Below are positions 61,287-64,000 of a stretch of DNA of 64,000 nucleotides, piece after piece. The stretch covers positions 43,712,001 to 43,776,000 of the forward strand of contig CM097885.1 in assembly GCA_044892525.1 (NCBI GenBank), in the 5' to 3' direction. The first letter of the stretch is position 1; every line of letters starts with the position of its first letter. This DNA comes from Schmidtea polychroa. Taxonomy: Eukaryota. A model generated the notes under the pieces. It was not told where the DNA came from. It made no database searches and worked only from the letters and a program-made list of their open reading frames with translations. The position numbers were made by a program, and so were the translations under genes.

Positions 61287-62544
61287 TATAATTTTAATTT
61301 GTTGACTTCCGTGCAACCTCGGCTATTTCAGATTGTATAATTATATATTTAATGTCGAATCAATATTTTATATGAAACAATTAAATATTAAAATAATCTA
61401 TTTATTAATATAACTTACTCATGAGACAACAATTAAGAGTTAATAATACTCTAGTTTCTTCAAGGATATGTAATTTGAAAAAGTGCTTAGAGTAATCATT
61501 AAAATAAATCATTTATTTAATTATTTATTTTTTCATGTAAAATGTGGGCAGTGTAAAATATGGATTCGATATTTAATAAGTATAAAATGTTTTTTGAAAA
61601 TAATTATGAAAATGTTGAAAATATTGAAAGATTCCAGAAACTTATGAAAATGTTTCTAAAAATAATTATGAAAAATCTGAAAATTATGAAGATGTTCCTG
61701 AAATTATAATGAAAATGTTGAAAATTATGAAAATTATGAAAATTATGAAAATTTTTCTGAAAATAATTATGAAAAATCTGAAAATTATGACAAATATGAA
61801 TATGTTCCTGAAAATGATGTTGAAATTAATAAGTTGTTATGAAAATAATAATTGAATAGAAATAATACTTTGAAAATATTAATTGTCAAACATAGTTTGC
61901 ATTGAGCTTGCAACTACTCTATATAATAATAATATTAAAAAAAAGTAATATTAAATATAATAATAATAATAACAATGATAATAATATTTATGATTTCATA
62001 CCTCCCATATTTTATACCTCTGATAATAATAATATTACAATGAATTATATATGTATTCCGATTATTATTCCGTTTTATAATTATTATGCGATAAAACGGC
62101 TTAAGAATTGTTAATAAAGACATTAAATATAAATGCAATTAACTATTAATATTTAAATCTATTAATATATTTGATATATATTTATAATTCACCAGGTAAA
62201 TTGTACCCACGCTACTGCATGTCATCAAATGATCATACAAATATATGCCATAAAAATATGAAAACATACTACGGTCATAGATTCTATGGCATCAACTACT
62301 TTATATGTCCAATATGCGAGACTTCCCAAAGCATTAAATATATAGAGTTTTATAATATTCACAAATCACATTTAAATCTGTTCTCTTTAAATAAAAAAAA
62401 TTGTTTATCAAAATACAACAATCAACACATAATACCACAAAACACATAAATACAAAACCTATAAATAATAATTATAATACAAAAGATGTAAATAATAATG
62501 TAAATAATACTAATCTAAATACGAATCTAAATACTAAAATAACT

Positions 62545-64000
62545 AAACATAGTTACATCCCCACACCATCGGCTTTAAATTCTAAAAAAGCAATAGTAAA
62601 CGTCAAAAACACCGACGATATGTGCTTTATATATAGTATTTTAGCCCTTTTAAAACGTAATGTAGTACTATAACTCTATTTCTATAAATAGAAATAGAGT
62701 TAGTTCCTATGAAAATTATCTTGACGAGTTAAATTTTGACCCCATTTCTGATTGTCCAATGAAATTGTGTGACATCCCTAAATTTGAAAGGAAAAATAGT
62801 GATTCAAATTTATCAATAAATGTTTTAATTTATATAAAGACCCCAGCTACGCCTTCTGAAAATGTAATTGACGATAATTATCATCATCATCCTCAATTAG
62901 ATATCATTCACCGATCTAAGGTTATAGGTGGTGAACCCATATACTTACTTTTATTAGAAGACGGTGATAATTTTTATTATTATTTTCATTATACCGCAGC
63001 TTTTAACTTACAAAAATTAATGAACAGTATCTCCTGCAACCTTTGGATTAGAGTAAATTGGTGTCCTCATTGTCTCAATGGTTTTCGACTTGAAAAAGCA
63101 TTTAACTAAACTGCAGTAAGAATCAGATAGGTACAACTTTATATACACTACCGGAAGAGAAAAATTTAATTTTTTCAAATTATGCGAAGACAATCACCCC
63201 GCCATTCGTGATATATGCCGATTTTGAGGCGATTTTACCCGAGGATGTAATACACCATCAAAAGCACTTGCCAATAACAGCAGGTATGTTATTAATTAAT
63301 AATTATAATAACACTAGATTTTATTATGAGTTTGTTGGTGATGATTGTGTGTTGTCTTTCTTTCTTAAGGTGGAGGAAATTGCGGTCAAAATTGTCCTGC
63401 CATATTACGAAATTAATGGGAAAAAGCCCATGCAAACCTTGTCTTTCGCTGAAGAGCGGGCTTTTCGATAATCCAGAACCTGTTACCTTTGTAAAAAAAC
63501 TATTGTAGATAGAGTTAGGGACCATTGCCACTTCTCAGGTAAGTGTTTAGGTGCTGCTTGTAGGAAATGTAATGTGTCTCGGCGAATTCTGAGACAGTTA
63601 CCGGTTGTGTTTCATAACTTGAAGGGGTATGATCTCCATCATATTTTGAAGTATGGTTTGAATAATTTTCCTTCTTGGAAATTAAATATTATTCCGACTA
63701 CTACTGAGAAATTCATCTCCCTCATCGCGTATATTAACAAATTGCCTGTTCGTTTTATTGACAGCATGCAGTTTTTTAATTCATCTTTAACAAAAGCGGT
63801 TAAGACTCTTTCCGATCTACCTTTAATTTCTTCTGTTTTTGATGGCACAATTGTTCGAGCCAAAGGTATCTTTCCTTATAAATTCGCCACATCTCTTGGT
63901 GTTCTGGAATCGACTCTTGAATTACCTCCTATCTGGGATTCTGTGTCTAATGATGAGTATGCATTAGCCCAAGTTATTTGGAATCAGCAAAATTGCAACA
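62545..64000 (+). pseudogene. Decayed Polinton/Maverick-type protein-primed DNA polymerase B (runs off the window end)
   Basis: SYIPTP...KKAIVNVKNTDDMCF, IPKFERKN, CPHCLNGF, IYADFEAIL, VRDHCHFSG..GAACRKCN, PVVFHNLKGYD, RFIDS, KGIFPY; several stops and frameshifts. Confidence 0.87.

Noticed and set aside
61590..61860. Degenerate GAAAAT(T)ATGA repeats upstream of pPolB
   Set aside because: Low-complexity sequence with no stable frame; a link to the Polinton remnant is unsupported.

Overview
This is AT-rich eukaryotic DNA, most likely from an invertebrate animal. It has many (TA)n tracts and is almost entirely made of nested mobile elements. The centrepiece (about 32.2-44.8 kb, minus strand) is a Ty3/Gypsy LTR retroelement with an unusual layout: tRNA-Trp PBS, gag with 4 CCHC knuckles, an accessory region with two apparent ubiquitin-like domains and an AT-hook, then a chuvirus/gB-like (class III) envelope glycoprotein in frame UPSTREAM of PR-RT-RNaseH-IN. 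A second signal-peptide plus TM protein is fused after integrase, and a separate 720-aa ORF carries a degenerate REXO4/ISG20-like exonuclease domain. At 46755-55192 there is a non-coding foldback element with Maverick/Polinton-type ends (AGTAGT...ACTACT, 6-bp TSD), a central AP-1-site array and a 144-bp satellite; a near-intact Buster hAT transposon has inserted into it. Other contents: Penelope remnants with minimal hammerhead ribozymes, several hAT and Tigger MITEs, decayed hAT/piggyBac/gypsy fragments, a decayed Polinton-type DNA polymerase B at the right end, and one host gene (a trypsin-fold protease homologue with His57->Arg). All domain calls come from motif recognition by eye; no searches were run.
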